The position numbers and the translations under genes were made by a program. The notes under the pieces were generated by a model. The model saw only the letters and a list, made by a program, of their open reading frames with translations. It had not been told where the DNA came from and did no database searches. Shown one piece after another: positions 34,901 through 42,998 of a stretch of DNA of 64,000 nt. Every line of letters begins with the position of its first letter. Positions within the stretch are counted from its first letter, which is position 1. This stretch comes from Thermoanaerobaculia bacterium (GTDB lineage Bacteria > Acidobacteriota > Thermoanaerobaculia > Multivoradales > JAGPDF01). Where the stretch lies: NCBI GenBank assembly GCA_031403995.1, contig JANNGS010000057.1:12173-76172 (forward strand), read 5' to 3'.

Positions 34901-35264
34901 CGAAGCCCTGCGCGACGAAACGGTGAAGGAGGCCGACCTGCCGCTCGCCAAGGAGGCGAAGGGCGTGCGCGAGGGGCTGGACAGGCTCGAGAAGCGCTTC
35001 TGGTGGCCGCGCGACACGGTGGGCATCACTCCCGACAGCGACATCCTGTCGCGGCTCGCCTACGTCCGCGGCTACCTCGGCTCCTCGTGGGACCGCCCGA
35101 ACCCGACCCACCTCGAGTATCTCCGGCTGGCGCGCCAGGAGCTCGACTCGGCCCTCACCGACCTCAACGCCTTCTACGCCAAGGAGGTCGAGACCTACCG
35201 CACGAGCCTCGCTACCGAGAACCTCACCCTCGTCCCAGCGCTCCTCCCGCTCGAGATGCCCTGA
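31917..35264 (+). CDS. Large secreted BNR/Asp-box (sortilin-Vps10 / GH74-like) tandem beta-propeller protein (1115 aa).
   Basis: It has the signal peptide MRTHSMLNLSGRLLLAAAIVGIVAISTAPAALG and many S-x-D-G-G-x-S/T-W Asp-box repeats (SLDGGITW, SADGGESW, TTDGGKSW, SLDGGESW, SDDGGRSF, SSDGGKSF, SHDGGKS, TRDGGASW, SLDGGAQW). A charged KDRDRDRR...EKSEKEESDKKE linker lies near the C-terminus. Confidence 0.8.
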   Translation: MRTHSMLNLSGRLLLAAAIVGIVAISTAPAALGAAVSTPVASAGGFDADLLAGLVPRSIGPAGMSGRVAAIAAVESNPDIVYAGAATGGVWKSLDGGITWKPIFDDQPVAAIGALAIDRRNPSIVWVGTGEGNVRNSASVGNGIYRSADGGESWTHLGLEGTERIHRIVLHPDNSDVAWVAALGREWGENPERGIFKTTDGGKSWKKVLYVDEKTGGADVAMVEGSPNRLFASMWQFRRWPYYFKSGGPGSGLYSSLDGGESWKRLESEDGLPSGELGRIGLGLSRSHPEIVYAMVEAKKSALLRSDDGGRSFKAVNSEPNVNPRPFYFGELRVDPLDPNRIFSVDYTVRLSSDGGKSFATLVRWDEIHGDHHALWIDPANPRHLITGNDGGISVSHDGGKSNRFVSNLPLAQFYHVAYDMDSPYNLYGGLQDNGSWRGPSSVRQNGGIRNHFWKALAGGDGFETLPDPTDSLQGYALWQGGNLMRWNWRTGETKDIKPAPSAGVRLRFNWNAGLAVDPFEPGTVYLGSQFLHRSADRGESWTTVSPDLTSNNSEWQKADESGGLTPDVTNAETYTTIVTIEPSKKERGLIWVGTDDGRLHLTRDGGASWTSVEGNVPGVPANTWIPAVQASTHAPGTAFVVFDNHRRSDWTPYVYRTDDFGKRWQSLATPALRGYALAIVQDPVDPDLLFLGTEFGLWLSLDGGAQWTRWSNGFPTVSVMDLAIHPREFDLIIATHGRALWVVDDISPLRGLGAKALEEKLRLFPVADRAQHWLLAEDGGFGFGATEFRGANRPYGAAITFVANGDEVPLADKDRDRDRRIAERKRETAAESAAAKAESAAEADSEKSEKEESDKKEAAKATLEIRDASGQRVRRLKVETKRGLNRVYWDLSRDGFKRPPAGTPEEPGFNPSGPQVPPGRYEAVLTLGGEERRTFVHVLADPTSGNSAADWQARWAAILDAGALNDSAVAAIERIGATRRDLDAVAERIRLANAEALRDETVKEADLPLAKEAKGVREGLDRLEKRFWWPRDTVGITPDSDILSRLAYVRGYLGSSWDRPNPTHLEYLRLARQELDSALTDLNAFYAKEVETYRTSLATENLTLVPALLPLEMP

Positions 35265-35297
35265 TGATGTCCGACGAGCGCTGACGAGCGGCGCCGC

Positions 35298-36026
35298 TTG
35301 ACGACCCTTCCTGAGATCGAACTGGCAGATCCGGCCCCGAGAGTGCGGCAGTTGGCGCTCTCGGGGCTCGAGCTCGGCTTGATGACGGTGCTGCCTGCTG
35401 CGCTGCTGCTCGTGACAGCGTTGCGCTGGTGGCCGTTGTCTCTGACGGAGGCGTTGGGGTTCGCCACCGGCGGGACCTGCGTCTGGTTGTGCGTGCGAGA
35501 GCACATCTGGAACTGGCCGTTGGGTCTCGCCAACAACGTCGTCTTCTTCGTCCTGTTCTGGCAAAGCCGGCTGTTCGCCGACATGGGGCTGCAGGTCGTC
35601 TACTTCGCCTTCGGAGTCTACGGCTGGTGGAACTGGCTGTACGGCGGTCAGCGACATGGCGCCTTGGCGGTCTCGCGCACCTCGGCGAGCGAGTGGGTCG
35701 CGCTGGCGCTTCTCGCGCCGCTTGCGACCTGGGGACTCTGGGCCGTGCTCGTCGAAGTGCACGGCGCGTCGCCGTTCTGGGATGCGGCGACGACCGCGCT
35801 GAGCCTGGTCGCGCAGTATCTGCTCTGCCGCAAGCGGCTGGAGAACTGGATCGTCTGGATCGCCGTCGATGCGATCTATGTCCCGCTCTACCTGTCGCGC
35901 AACCTCCACCTCACGGCGCTGCTCTACGCGGTCTTCCTGGTGATGTGCATCGTCGGTTTGCGCGCCTGGCTGCCCGGCCGGAGAACGCTCCAGCGCGCAA
36001 GTGAGGCCGCTGCTGTGCGCGCCTAG
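35298..36026 (+). CDS. pnuC: Nicotinamide riboside transporter PnuC.
   Basis: The Trp-rich PnuC motifs WNWPLGLANN, FGVYGWWNW and LENWIVWIAVDAIYVPLY are present. Confidence 0.8.
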   Translation: MTTLPEIELADPAPRVRQLALSGLELGLMTVLPAALLLVTALRWWPLSLTEALGFATGGTCVWLCVREHIWNWPLGLANNVVFFVLFWQSRLFADMGLQVVYFAFGVYGWWNWLYGGQRHGALAVSRTSASEWVALALLAPLATWGLWAVLVEVHGASPFWDAATTALSLVAQYLLCRKRLENWIVWIAVDAIYVPLYLSRNLHLTALLYAVFLVMCIVGLRAWLPGRRTLQRASEAAAVRA

Positions 36027-36496
36027 CCGGCGAGCGCGGCGGCTTCGGAGAAATTCTCGGGCAGGAGAGCGGAGGCGCGGGCGAAGCCGGAGATCAGCCG
36101 GCCGCCTTCGACCCGCAGGCGATGGAAGAGGAAGTCGCCCAATCCGACGGTCATGGCGGCGCTCGGGAAGGCTTCGACCCAGGCGGAGGCGATCGCTTCG
36201 CGCTCCTCGGCAGGGACCGCCTCGACTTTTCCCTCGAGCACTACGCGTTGGGATTGCAGCGCGTCCACCCCCGGCGCGAGCGGGAGGTGGATCGCCGCCG
36301 AGAACCGCGCGCCGGGCGCGAGGCCCCGGCTGTGGCGGGCGAGAGTCAAGGTGTGAACGAGCAGGCTCTGCAGTCCGGCCTCGGCGCGAAACGGCAGGAC
36401 TCCGGCGACCGGAGCGTCGTCGACGACGACCGCCAGGGTGAGGAGCTTCTCGCCGGTGAGGAGATCGCGCAGCAGCTTCAGGTCAGTCTGTTCCAT
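36023..36496 (-). CDS. Pyridoxamine-5'-phosphate-oxidase-like FMN-binding split-barrel protein (CREG/HugZ-like).
   Basis: The PNPOx-like pattern LLTLAVVVDDAPVAGVLPFRAE...LLVHTLTLARHSRGL...RVVLEGKVEAVP is present. The track ORF starts further upstream in the same frame; the start was set at MEQTDL (36496). Confidence 0.65.
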   Translation of the reverse strand: MEQTDLKLLRDLLTGEKLLTLAVVVDDAPVAGVLPFRAEAGLQSLLVHTLTLARHSRGLAPGARFSAAIHLPLAPGVDALQSQRVVLEGKVEAVPAEEREAIASAWVEAFPSAAMTVGLGDFLFHRLRVEGGRLISGFARASALLPENFSEAAALAG

Positions 36497-36516
36497 AACG
36501 CCTCCAGGGCTTGAAG

Positions 36517-37452
36517 CTAGCTCTCGCCGCGGCGCTCCCGGTCTGGTGACTGGAAGAGGCTCTCGATCCGGCCGAGGAGGTCGCGGGCATCGCGTTGAAA
36601 GTAGACGTTCCATCGCAGCGGGCTCTCGGCCCGGGCGGGATCCTGCGCCAGCACCCACTCGAGATCCAGCCGGAAGGCCGCGCGGTCGCCGGTCTTCACA
36701 TGCAGGTACTTGGCCCGGCCCCAGGGCGCGAGCAGCGAAGTCGGCGCATCGGCGCGCGCTTCGGCGAAGAGCTCCGCCGAGCGGGCGAGGTCCCGGCCGG
36801 CGCTCGGTGGCAGTCCGATGAAGTAGATGGCGAGGGAGAACGGCACGGCGCCGTGCTCGTAGGTGGGATCGAGCGCCATCATCCGTTCCATCACCTGCCG
36901 GGTGCGGAGCATCCAGCGAAACTGCAGCAGATGACCGAGTCCGCCCAGGCACTCCTTGTAGTAGTACGAGACTCCGGTGACCCAGAAGAGCATCGGCCGG
37001 ATCTCGGCGCGGGTGAGCTCGGCGCTCGCCTCGGCGAGCGAGTCGCCCGCCTCGACCCGGCTGAGGAAGGCGCGATTCAGGGCCATCGCGCGCTCGGCAT
37101 AACGAATCCCGGTGGTGTACGAGAGCGCCTTTGCACGCTTGCCGTCGGCGTAAGCGGCGCCGTGCAGGATGTGCGCTTCCGACAGTCGGGCGAGTACCTC
37201 TCCCGGGTCGCTCGCGAGCGGCAGAGCGACCTCGAACTCGAGGATCGCTAGTTGGAGCCGGTCGACATCGCCGGCGTTTTCGAACAGCGTTTCGGCGCGC
37301 GCCAGAGCCGCCCCGGCCGCCTCGGCAGGCGCGAGTGCGCCGGCTCCCGCGCCGGCGCCGTTGCTCGCGGACGGAGTTTCCCAGCCGGGCGTCCAGGTCA
37401 TGCAGCCGCCAAGCACTAGAAGGAGAGCGAGCGATCGCCGCGGCGCGCTCAC
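36517..37452 (-). CDS. Helical lipoprotein with a TPR-like fold; function unknown (possibly TatT-like).
   Basis: The GTG start at 37452 gives VSAPRRSLALLLVLGGC, a lipobox. The upstream part of track ORF 36517..37956 is Arg-rich junk. Confidence 0.55.
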   Translation of the reverse strand: MSAPRRSLALLLVLGGCMTWTPGWETPSASNGAGAGAGALAPAEAAGAALARAETLFENAGDVDRLQLAILEFEVALPLASDPGEVLARLSEAHILHGAAYADGKRAKALSYTTGIRYAERAMALNRAFLSRVEAGDSLAEASAELTRAEIRPMLFWVTGVSYYYKECLGGLGHLLQFRWMLRTRQVMERMMALDPTYEHGAVPFSLAIYFIGLPPSAGRDLARSAELFAEARADAPTSLLAPWGRAKYLHVKTGDRAAFRLDLEWVLAQDPARAESPLRWNVYFQRDARDLLGRIESLFQSPDRERRGES

Positions 37453-37588
37453 GTGACCACCTTGCGGGTCGGTTCCTCGATCTCGGACCTGCGTGCCGTC
37501 ATGCCGTCTCCTCGACGAAACCTGCCTGAACAGGATAGCCGAGGTCGCCGGTTGTGGGAATCGACTGCGGGGATCGAATGCGGCCCGT

Positions 37589-38905
37589 TCAGCTCGGGGC
37601 GGCGTGGCGCGCGACGACCAGGAGAGTCCAGCCCAGCGCGCCGGCGAACGCCAGCAGGAGGGCGACCGGAAGCAGCGCGGCGTGCTCTGTGGGGTCGAAG
37701 ACCCGCAGCAGAATCGGGCTCGGGAGTACGCGCTCCGACGGGCTGGGGGCGGCGGGGTCGAGGAGCGACCCCGGATTCGAGTCGGCGCCAGGCAGCGCCG
37801 CCGCCGGCGCGAATGTCGACCGCACCCAGCCACCGAGCAGCGCGGCGTTGACCCGCGCGTGGTTCCAGGCGGGATCGAACTGCAGCGCGACCTCCGCCCC
37901 CTTCTGCGGCAGGCCGGGCAGGGCTGCGAGCGTCTCTTTCGGGACCGCGGTGCCAAGCGTGTTGACCGCGAGACCGAAGAGGACCGCGGCGATGATCCAG
38001 CGCCGGTGGCCGCCGCGGCGCGCGCGCTCGGTGCGCGAGAGCGCCAGGGCGAGAAGCGCCGGCGCGAAGGCCGCGAGCAGGTGGCGCGGTCCCCACGAGG
38101 AGTCGCTCACGGTGCTCCACTGGCGAATCGCCGCGTAGGGCACGATCAGGCTGGCGGCGGCGAAGAGGGCCAGTTGGCCCGTCCGGCGATCGCTGACCGC
38201 GCCGCGAAAGGCTCGCCAGAGGCCGAGCAGGACGAGCGGTGCGAAGAAGATCAGACCGTAGTTCAGCGACAGAAGAACGGTGTGGAGGTTCACCAGCCAG
38301 CCGACGGGAGAGGTGACCAGGTCGACCGCGCTGCGGTCGAAGGGCGTCGCGCGGAGGGCGAGCAGAGGGAGCAGGAGCGCGAGCATGAGGGTTGCCGTGC
38401 CGTAGAGGAGCGGCTTCGGGTCGGCACGCCGCTCGACGCCGCTGCGCTCGGCGCTCCACCACGCGAGCCAGAGGAGGAGCGGCAGCAGGAGGACGCCGCT
38501 CGCGTCCAGCGCGAGAACGCCCCCGGCGGCGAAGAGCATTCCGGCCTCCCGAGCCGGAAAACGCAGCCTCGTCGGCCCGATGGCGAAGAAGGCGGCGGCG
38601 AGCAACAGGAGCGCCTGGGTCGACTCGAACCCGGAGAAGGCGTAGGGCAGCAGCGGAGTGGTGAAGAGCGCCGCGAGGGCGATGGCGAGGCCGCGTCGCC
38701 GCGACCCCGAGGCGCGCGCGACCCAGACGGCTATCAGCGCGCCGAGCGCCGCGGTGACCGCCAGGGAGGCCAGCGGGGCGAGCGGAGCCGGCGCACGCAG
38801 GGCGGCCATGGAGCTGCCCGAAGCGAGCACCAGCCAGAGGCCGAGAAAGACGGCGGCCGTCCAGAGCCTCTCAGAGTCGCGCAGTCGGGCGACGAAGGAA
38901 CGCAT
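37589..38905 (-). CDS. Polytopic integral membrane protein (at least 10 TM), function unknown.
   Basis: Hydrophobic helices run throughout. The opposite-strand ORF 37493..39745 is Arg/Glu-rich junk. Confidence 0.6.
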   Translation of the reverse strand: MRSFVARLRDSERLWTAAVFLGLWLVLASGSSMAALRAPAPLAPLASLAVTAALGALIAVWVARASGSRRRGLAIALAALFTTPLLPYAFSGFESTQALLLLAAAFFAIGPTRLRFPAREAGMLFAAGGVLALDASGVLLLPLLLWLAWWSAERSGVERRADPKPLLYGTATLMLALLLPLLALRATPFDRSAVDLVTSPVGWLVNLHTVLLSLNYGLIFFAPLVLLGLWRAFRGAVSDRRTGQLALFAAASLIVPYAAIRQWSTVSDSSWGPRHLLAAFAPALLALALSRTERARRGGHRRWIIAAVLFGLAVNTLGTAVPKETLAALPGLPQKGAEVALQFDPAWNHARVNAALLGGWVRSTFAPAAALPGADSNPGSLLDPAAPSPSERVLPSPILLRVFDPTEHAALLPVALLLAFAGALGWTLLVVARHAAPS

Positions 38906-38918
38906 GACAGGGAGGAAT

Positions 38919-40082
38919 CTACTGCGATTCGTCGCCGGCGGGGAGGCGTTCGACGACGACGAGCGTCAGGTCGTCGGCCAGCGGCTCGGCGCCGACATGG
39001 CTCTCGAAGGCGGCGAGGATCTGTTCGTGCGTCCGCGCTGCCGCGCCGCCGGTCGCGAGCGCTGCGCGCAGGCGGTCGAATCCGAAAGCCCGGCCGCCGC
39101 GGTCGATACCCTCGAAGAGTCCGTCGGAGAACAGCAGCAGGAGATCGCCGGGTTCGAGGCGGAGGCGTCCGCTCGCCGGCTGGACCGTCTCGCGCATGCC
39201 GAGCGGGAACGAGCCGAGGGCGGGCTCTTCGATGGCGCCCGAGGCGCGCCGCAGCAACGGAAACGGGTGCCCGGCACAGACGTATTCGATTTCGCCACTG
39301 GCCGGGTCGAGCAGGGCGTAGAAGAGGGTCAGGAAGGAGCGCCGGTCGCCAGTCCGCCAGATGGCGCGGTGGAGGAGGTTCGAGACCGCGATCGGCGAAG
39401 GATCGAGCTCCAGAGCGAGGTACAGGGTCGCATTGGCGACCGCCATCAGCAGCCCCGCCGCCATGCCGTGGCCGCTGGCGTCGGCGACGACGATCGCCAT
39501 CCGGCCGTCCGCAAGGCGGTGGAACTGGTAGTAGTCCCCGCCGATGTCGTTGGCGGTGCGCGAGGAGTGGGCGAAGCCGTAGCCCGGCAGGACGGGGCTC
39601 GCTTTCGGCAGCAGCTCGCGCTGCAGCTGGCGGGCGATCTGGATCTCGTCGCGCACCAGCACGCGGTCGACCATCTCGAAGGCGAGGAGGAGGAGAAGCG
39701 CCACCACCGCGACGACCAGAGGCAGCTTCGAGCCCCCCAGCGTGACGCGTTCGTCACCCTCCATCCAGACGAGTTGGGGGTCGATGATGCCGACCACCGC
39801 CGCGACGATGGCCACCGCGAAAAGGAGCCGGCGGCGCGGCGAGAGCTTCTCGGAGAGGCTGAGAAAGAGGAGCTTGGCGGAGAGGAGGTAGCGCTTCAGG
39901 CCCGAGACCTTCTCCACCTGGGCTTCGCGGTCCCGCATCAGCACCGAGTAGGCGCCCTTGGCGTCGCGGTCGAAGAGCCGGCGCAACTCATCGCCGGAGA
40001 GGCCCCGGGTGTAGTCGAGGAGAAAGGCCTCCGTCCGCCTGAAGACCGACGGTTGCTTCGCCTGCGTCTTTTTCTGCTTCAC
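38919..40082 (-). CDS. Membrane-anchored PP2C-family Ser/Thr phosphatase (SpoIIE/RsbU-like).
   Basis: It has two N-terminal TM helices and then the PP2C motifs GGDYYQF, AIVVADASGHGMAAGLLMA and LLLFSDGLFE. Confidence 0.85.
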   Translation of the reverse strand: MKQKKTQAKQPSVFRRTEAFLLDYTRGLSGDELRRLFDRDAKGAYSVLMRDREAQVEKVSGLKRYLLSAKLLFLSLSEKLSPRRRLLFAVAIVAAVVGIIDPQLVWMEGDERVTLGGSKLPLVVAVVALLLLLAFEMVDRVLVRDEIQIARQLQRELLPKASPVLPGYGFAHSSRTANDIGGDYYQFHRLADGRMAIVVADASGHGMAAGLLMAVANATLYLALELDPSPIAVSNLLHRAIWRTGDRRSFLTLFYALLDPASGEIEYVCAGHPFPLLRRASGAIEEPALGSFPLGMRETVQPASGRLRLEPGDLLLLFSDGLFEGIDRGGRAFGFDRLRAALATGGAAARTHEQILAAFESHVGAEPLADDLTLVVVERLPAGDESQ

Positions 40083-40160
40083 AGCTTCATTTTACGTCCG
40101 CTGGGCCAAGGAGTTGCTCTTGCCGTTCGATAAGCTGGGCCTCGACAGAGGGAGAAGTTC

Positions 40161-42998
40161 ATGCATCGACGTTGCTCCTGGATCGCCTGTTCCGCACTTG
40201 CCTTCGGCTCCGTGATGGCTGGTGCCGGCGGACCGACCTCGCTCGAGCTGCTCGGCCAGACCGCGATACCCGGGGAACCCCCCAGCGGGAGCGTCCCTTT
40301 GGGCGGGCTCTCCGCCCTGACCCTGGAGGAGCGATCGGGGAGATACCTCGCCCTTACCGACGATCGCAGCGAGAACGGCCCGGCGCGCTTCTACCGCCTG
40401 GCGATTACTCTCCCGGCCGAGGGTCGGGGGGCGCCCGTCGTCGTTGTCGAGGGTGCGACGACGCTGCTCGCGCGGAATGGCGCACCGTTTCCCCGCCGCG
40501 GGCTCGATCCTGAAGGGATCGCTCTCGGCGGCGAGCGGATCTACGTCTCATCGGAGGGCGAGGCCAAGGTCGGGCTGGCGCCTTTCGTTCAGGAGTTCGA
40601 CCTCCAGGGTCGCTTCCTGCGCGAGCTGCCGCTGCCCAGGCGCTACCTTCCTCAGGCGGGCGCCGATCTGGGTGTGCGCGACAACCTGGGGTTCGAGTCT
40701 CTCGCCCTCTCTCCCGACTGCCGCTACCTCTTCTCCGGCGCAGAGAACGGATTGGCGCAGGAGAGCCCGGCGTCGGCACCCGGCGTCGCGAGCCTCTCCC
40801 GCCTCCTGCGCTGGGATCTCGAGCGGGGCGGAGCCCCCGTGGAGTACCTCTATCGTGTCGAAGCGGTGAGCCGCACGCCGCCGTCGCCAACCGACCTGAT
40901 CATGAACGGCCTGGTCGAGCTGATCGCCCTCGATCGCGACCGGCTGCTGGCACTCGAACGCCAGTGGGTGCCCGGCGTCGGGGTCGAGATCAAGCTCTAC
41001 GCGGTTTCGCTCGCCGGGATTCCTGACGCCGCCAAGGTCGATCCGCCGGCGAGCCTGGAGCTCGCGACGGCGCAGAAGACCCTGTTGCTCAACTTCGCCG
41101 ATCTCGGGCTGCCGCTGGACAACTTCGAGGGCATGGCGTTGGGGCCGCCGCTGCCCGACGGAAGGCGCCCGCTCTTCATCGTCAGCGACGACAACTTCAA
41201 TCCCGATCTGCAGAAGACCTTCGTTCTCGCCCTCGCTGCCGGGTTCGAGCCGCTCACGATCGCTGCGCTGCAGGGCGGCGCTCATCGTTCGCCGCTCGTC
41301 GGCCGCTGGGTTGCCGGTGTCGAAGGCGTCGTAACGGCGACCGAGGACAGCGCGCGATCCAAGGGCTTCTGGATGGAGAGTGCGCAGCCCGATGCGGACC
41401 CGGCAACCTCGGATGGCATCTATGTCGCCTGGGAGGGCGCCTTCACCTTGCACCCGGGAGACCGGGTGCGGATCGGCGGGCGGGTCGAAGAGGTGGCGCC
41501 GTCGCCGACCGGCCTGCCGGTCACGACCGTCAGGCTCGTCGCGCTCGAAGCTCTGTCGGCAGGCGAGCGAGCGCTGCCGCCGCCGGTGCGGCTGATCGAC
41601 GGGCTGCGGATCCCGGGGCAGGTCGACGACGACGGCCTGACGAAGTTCGAACCCGGGACGGATGCCATCGACTTCTGGGAGAGCCTCGAGGGGATGCGGG
41701 TCGAGGTTCCTCCGGGGACCGTTGTCGGCGCCACCCGCTCGTTCGGGGATGTCGTCCTGCTCGCCGACGGGGCCGATACGGCCGGCGCCTTGCGCACCCC
41801 TGCCGGCGGGCTGCGGCAGCCGGCAGCGGGCAAGCTCTTCGAGCGCATCTTCCTGAGCCGCAGGATCGCCAGCAAGATGCCCGACTTCCAGGTCGGTGAC
41901 CGGATCGACTCGACCCTCACCGGCATCGTCGACTACGGCTTCTCGAACTACCGGGTGCAGCTGCTCGCGCCACCGCCGCTGCCGTCGCCTCCGGCGCCAG
42001 CTCGCGGGGCGCGGCCGGAGTGCGGCGACCGCACGGAGCTCACACCGGCGGCGGGGAAGCTCACCCTCGCCACGTGGAACGTCGAGAACCTCTCGATCGC
42101 CAGGGACGCACCGCGGATCGCGCGACTGGGACAGGCGCTCGTCGAAGCCCTCGCGGCGCCGGCGATCGTCGCCCTGCAGGAGATCCAGGACGACAGTGGC
42201 CCGGCCGACGACGGCGTGGTCACCGCGCACGCATCGCTGGCCGCTCTCGTCGAGGCGATCGTCGCCGCCGGCGGGCCGCGCTACGAACCGGTCGCGATCG
42301 ATCCCGAGAACAATCGCGACGGCGGCCAGCCCGGCGGCAACATCCGCGTGGCGCTGCTCTTCGATCCGACCCGGGTGGAGTTGGTGAAGCGCGGCGTGGC
42401 GCGCCCCAACGATCCGGTGGAGATCGTCGGCCGCGGCCGCACGATGACACTGTCGCTCTCGCCGGGACGGCTCGCGCCGGTGTCGAACGCATTCGACCTG
42501 CGCGCCGGAGAAGGAGTCCGCAAGTCGCTGGTGGTGCAGTTCCGGGCCGCCGGCGACTCCCTTTTCGTCATCGCCAATCACTGGACCTCGAAGTGGGACG
42601 ACGATCGCGCGTTCGGTTCCCGCCAGCCCCCGCACGCCCCGACTGCCCCGAAGCGTTTCGCCCAGGCGAAGGTGGTGCGCGAGTTCGTCGATCGCCTGCT
42701 CGCCGCCGAGCCCATGGCGCGGGTCGTCGTCCTGGGCGACCTGAACGAGTCGGAGACCAGTCCGGGAGTGGCCGCGCTCGGCGCTCTACCGCTCGTCAAC
42801 CTGGTGAGCAAGGCGACGGATGAGGATCGCTACAGCTACAACTTCGAGGGTGCCTCCGAGATCATCGACCACATCGTCGTGAGCCCGGCGCTCGCAGGAG
42901 GCGCCGAGGTGGACATCGTCCACCTCAACTCGAACTGTCCAGATTCCGAACGGCTCAGCGACCACGATCCGGTGGTCGCGCGGGTATCGATCCGTTGA
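40161..42998 (+). CDS. Secreted two-domain enzyme: an N-terminal esterase-like/phytase-like beta-propeller domain and a C-terminal endonuclease/exonuclease/phosphatase (EEP) domain (ExeM/NucH-type extracellular nuclease-like architecture).
   Basis: It has a signal peptide. The phytase-like region reads GLSALT...DPEGIAL...YVSSEG...FESLALSPD. The EEP motifs are LATWNVENLS, ALQEIQDD, IANHWTSK, GDLNE and SDHDPVVARVSI. Confidence 0.75.
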   Translation: MHRRCSWIACSALAFGSVMAGAGGPTSLELLGQTAIPGEPPSGSVPLGGLSALTLEERSGRYLALTDDRSENGPARFYRLAITLPAEGRGAPVVVVEGATTLLARNGAPFPRRGLDPEGIALGGERIYVSSEGEAKVGLAPFVQEFDLQGRFLRELPLPRRYLPQAGADLGVRDNLGFESLALSPDCRYLFSGAENGLAQESPASAPGVASLSRLLRWDLERGGAPVEYLYRVEAVSRTPPSPTDLIMNGLVELIALDRDRLLALERQWVPGVGVEIKLYAVSLAGIPDAAKVDPPASLELATAQKTLLLNFADLGLPLDNFEGMALGPPLPDGRRPLFIVSDDNFNPDLQKTFVLALAAGFEPLTIAALQGGAHRSPLVGRWVAGVEGVVTATEDSARSKGFWMESAQPDADPATSDGIYVAWEGAFTLHPGDRVRIGGRVEEVAPSPTGLPVTTVRLVALEALSAGERALPPPVRLIDGLRIPGQVDDDGLTKFEPGTDAIDFWESLEGMRVEVPPGTVVGATRSFGDVVLLADGADTAGALRTPAGGLRQPAAGKLFERIFLSRRIASKMPDFQVGDRIDSTLTGIVDYGFSNYRVQLLAPPPLPSPPAPARGARPECGDRTELTPAAGKLTLATWNVENLSIARDAPRIARLGQALVEALAAPAIVALQEIQDDSGPADDGVVTAHASLAALVEAIVAAGGPRYEPVAIDPENNRDGGQPGGNIRVALLFDPTRVELVKRGVARPNDPVEIVGRGRTMTLSLSPGRLAPVSNAFDLRAGEGVRKSLVVQFRAAGDSLFVIANHWTSKWDDDRAFGSRQPPHAPTAPKRFAQAKVVREFVDRLLAAEPMARVVVLGDLNESETSPGVAALGALPLVNLVSKATDEDRYSYNFEGASEIIDHIVVSPALAGGAEVDIVHLNSNCPDSERLSDHDPVVARVSIR

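Noticed and set aside
32736-35909. Minus-strand 1057-aa ORF.
   Set aside because: It is antisense to the BNR/Asp-box protein, whose frame shows at least nine canonical SxDGGxSW motifs.
37493-40133. Plus-strand ORFs of 750 and 491 aa over the PP2C/membrane-protein operon.
   Set aside because: Their Arg/Glu/Gly-rich translations have no domains. The minus-strand frames encode a PP2C catalytic domain and TM proteins.
40548-42635. Minus-strand 695-aa ORF inside the phytase-like/EEP gene.
   Set aside because: It is an antisense artefact. The EEP motifs lie on the plus strand.
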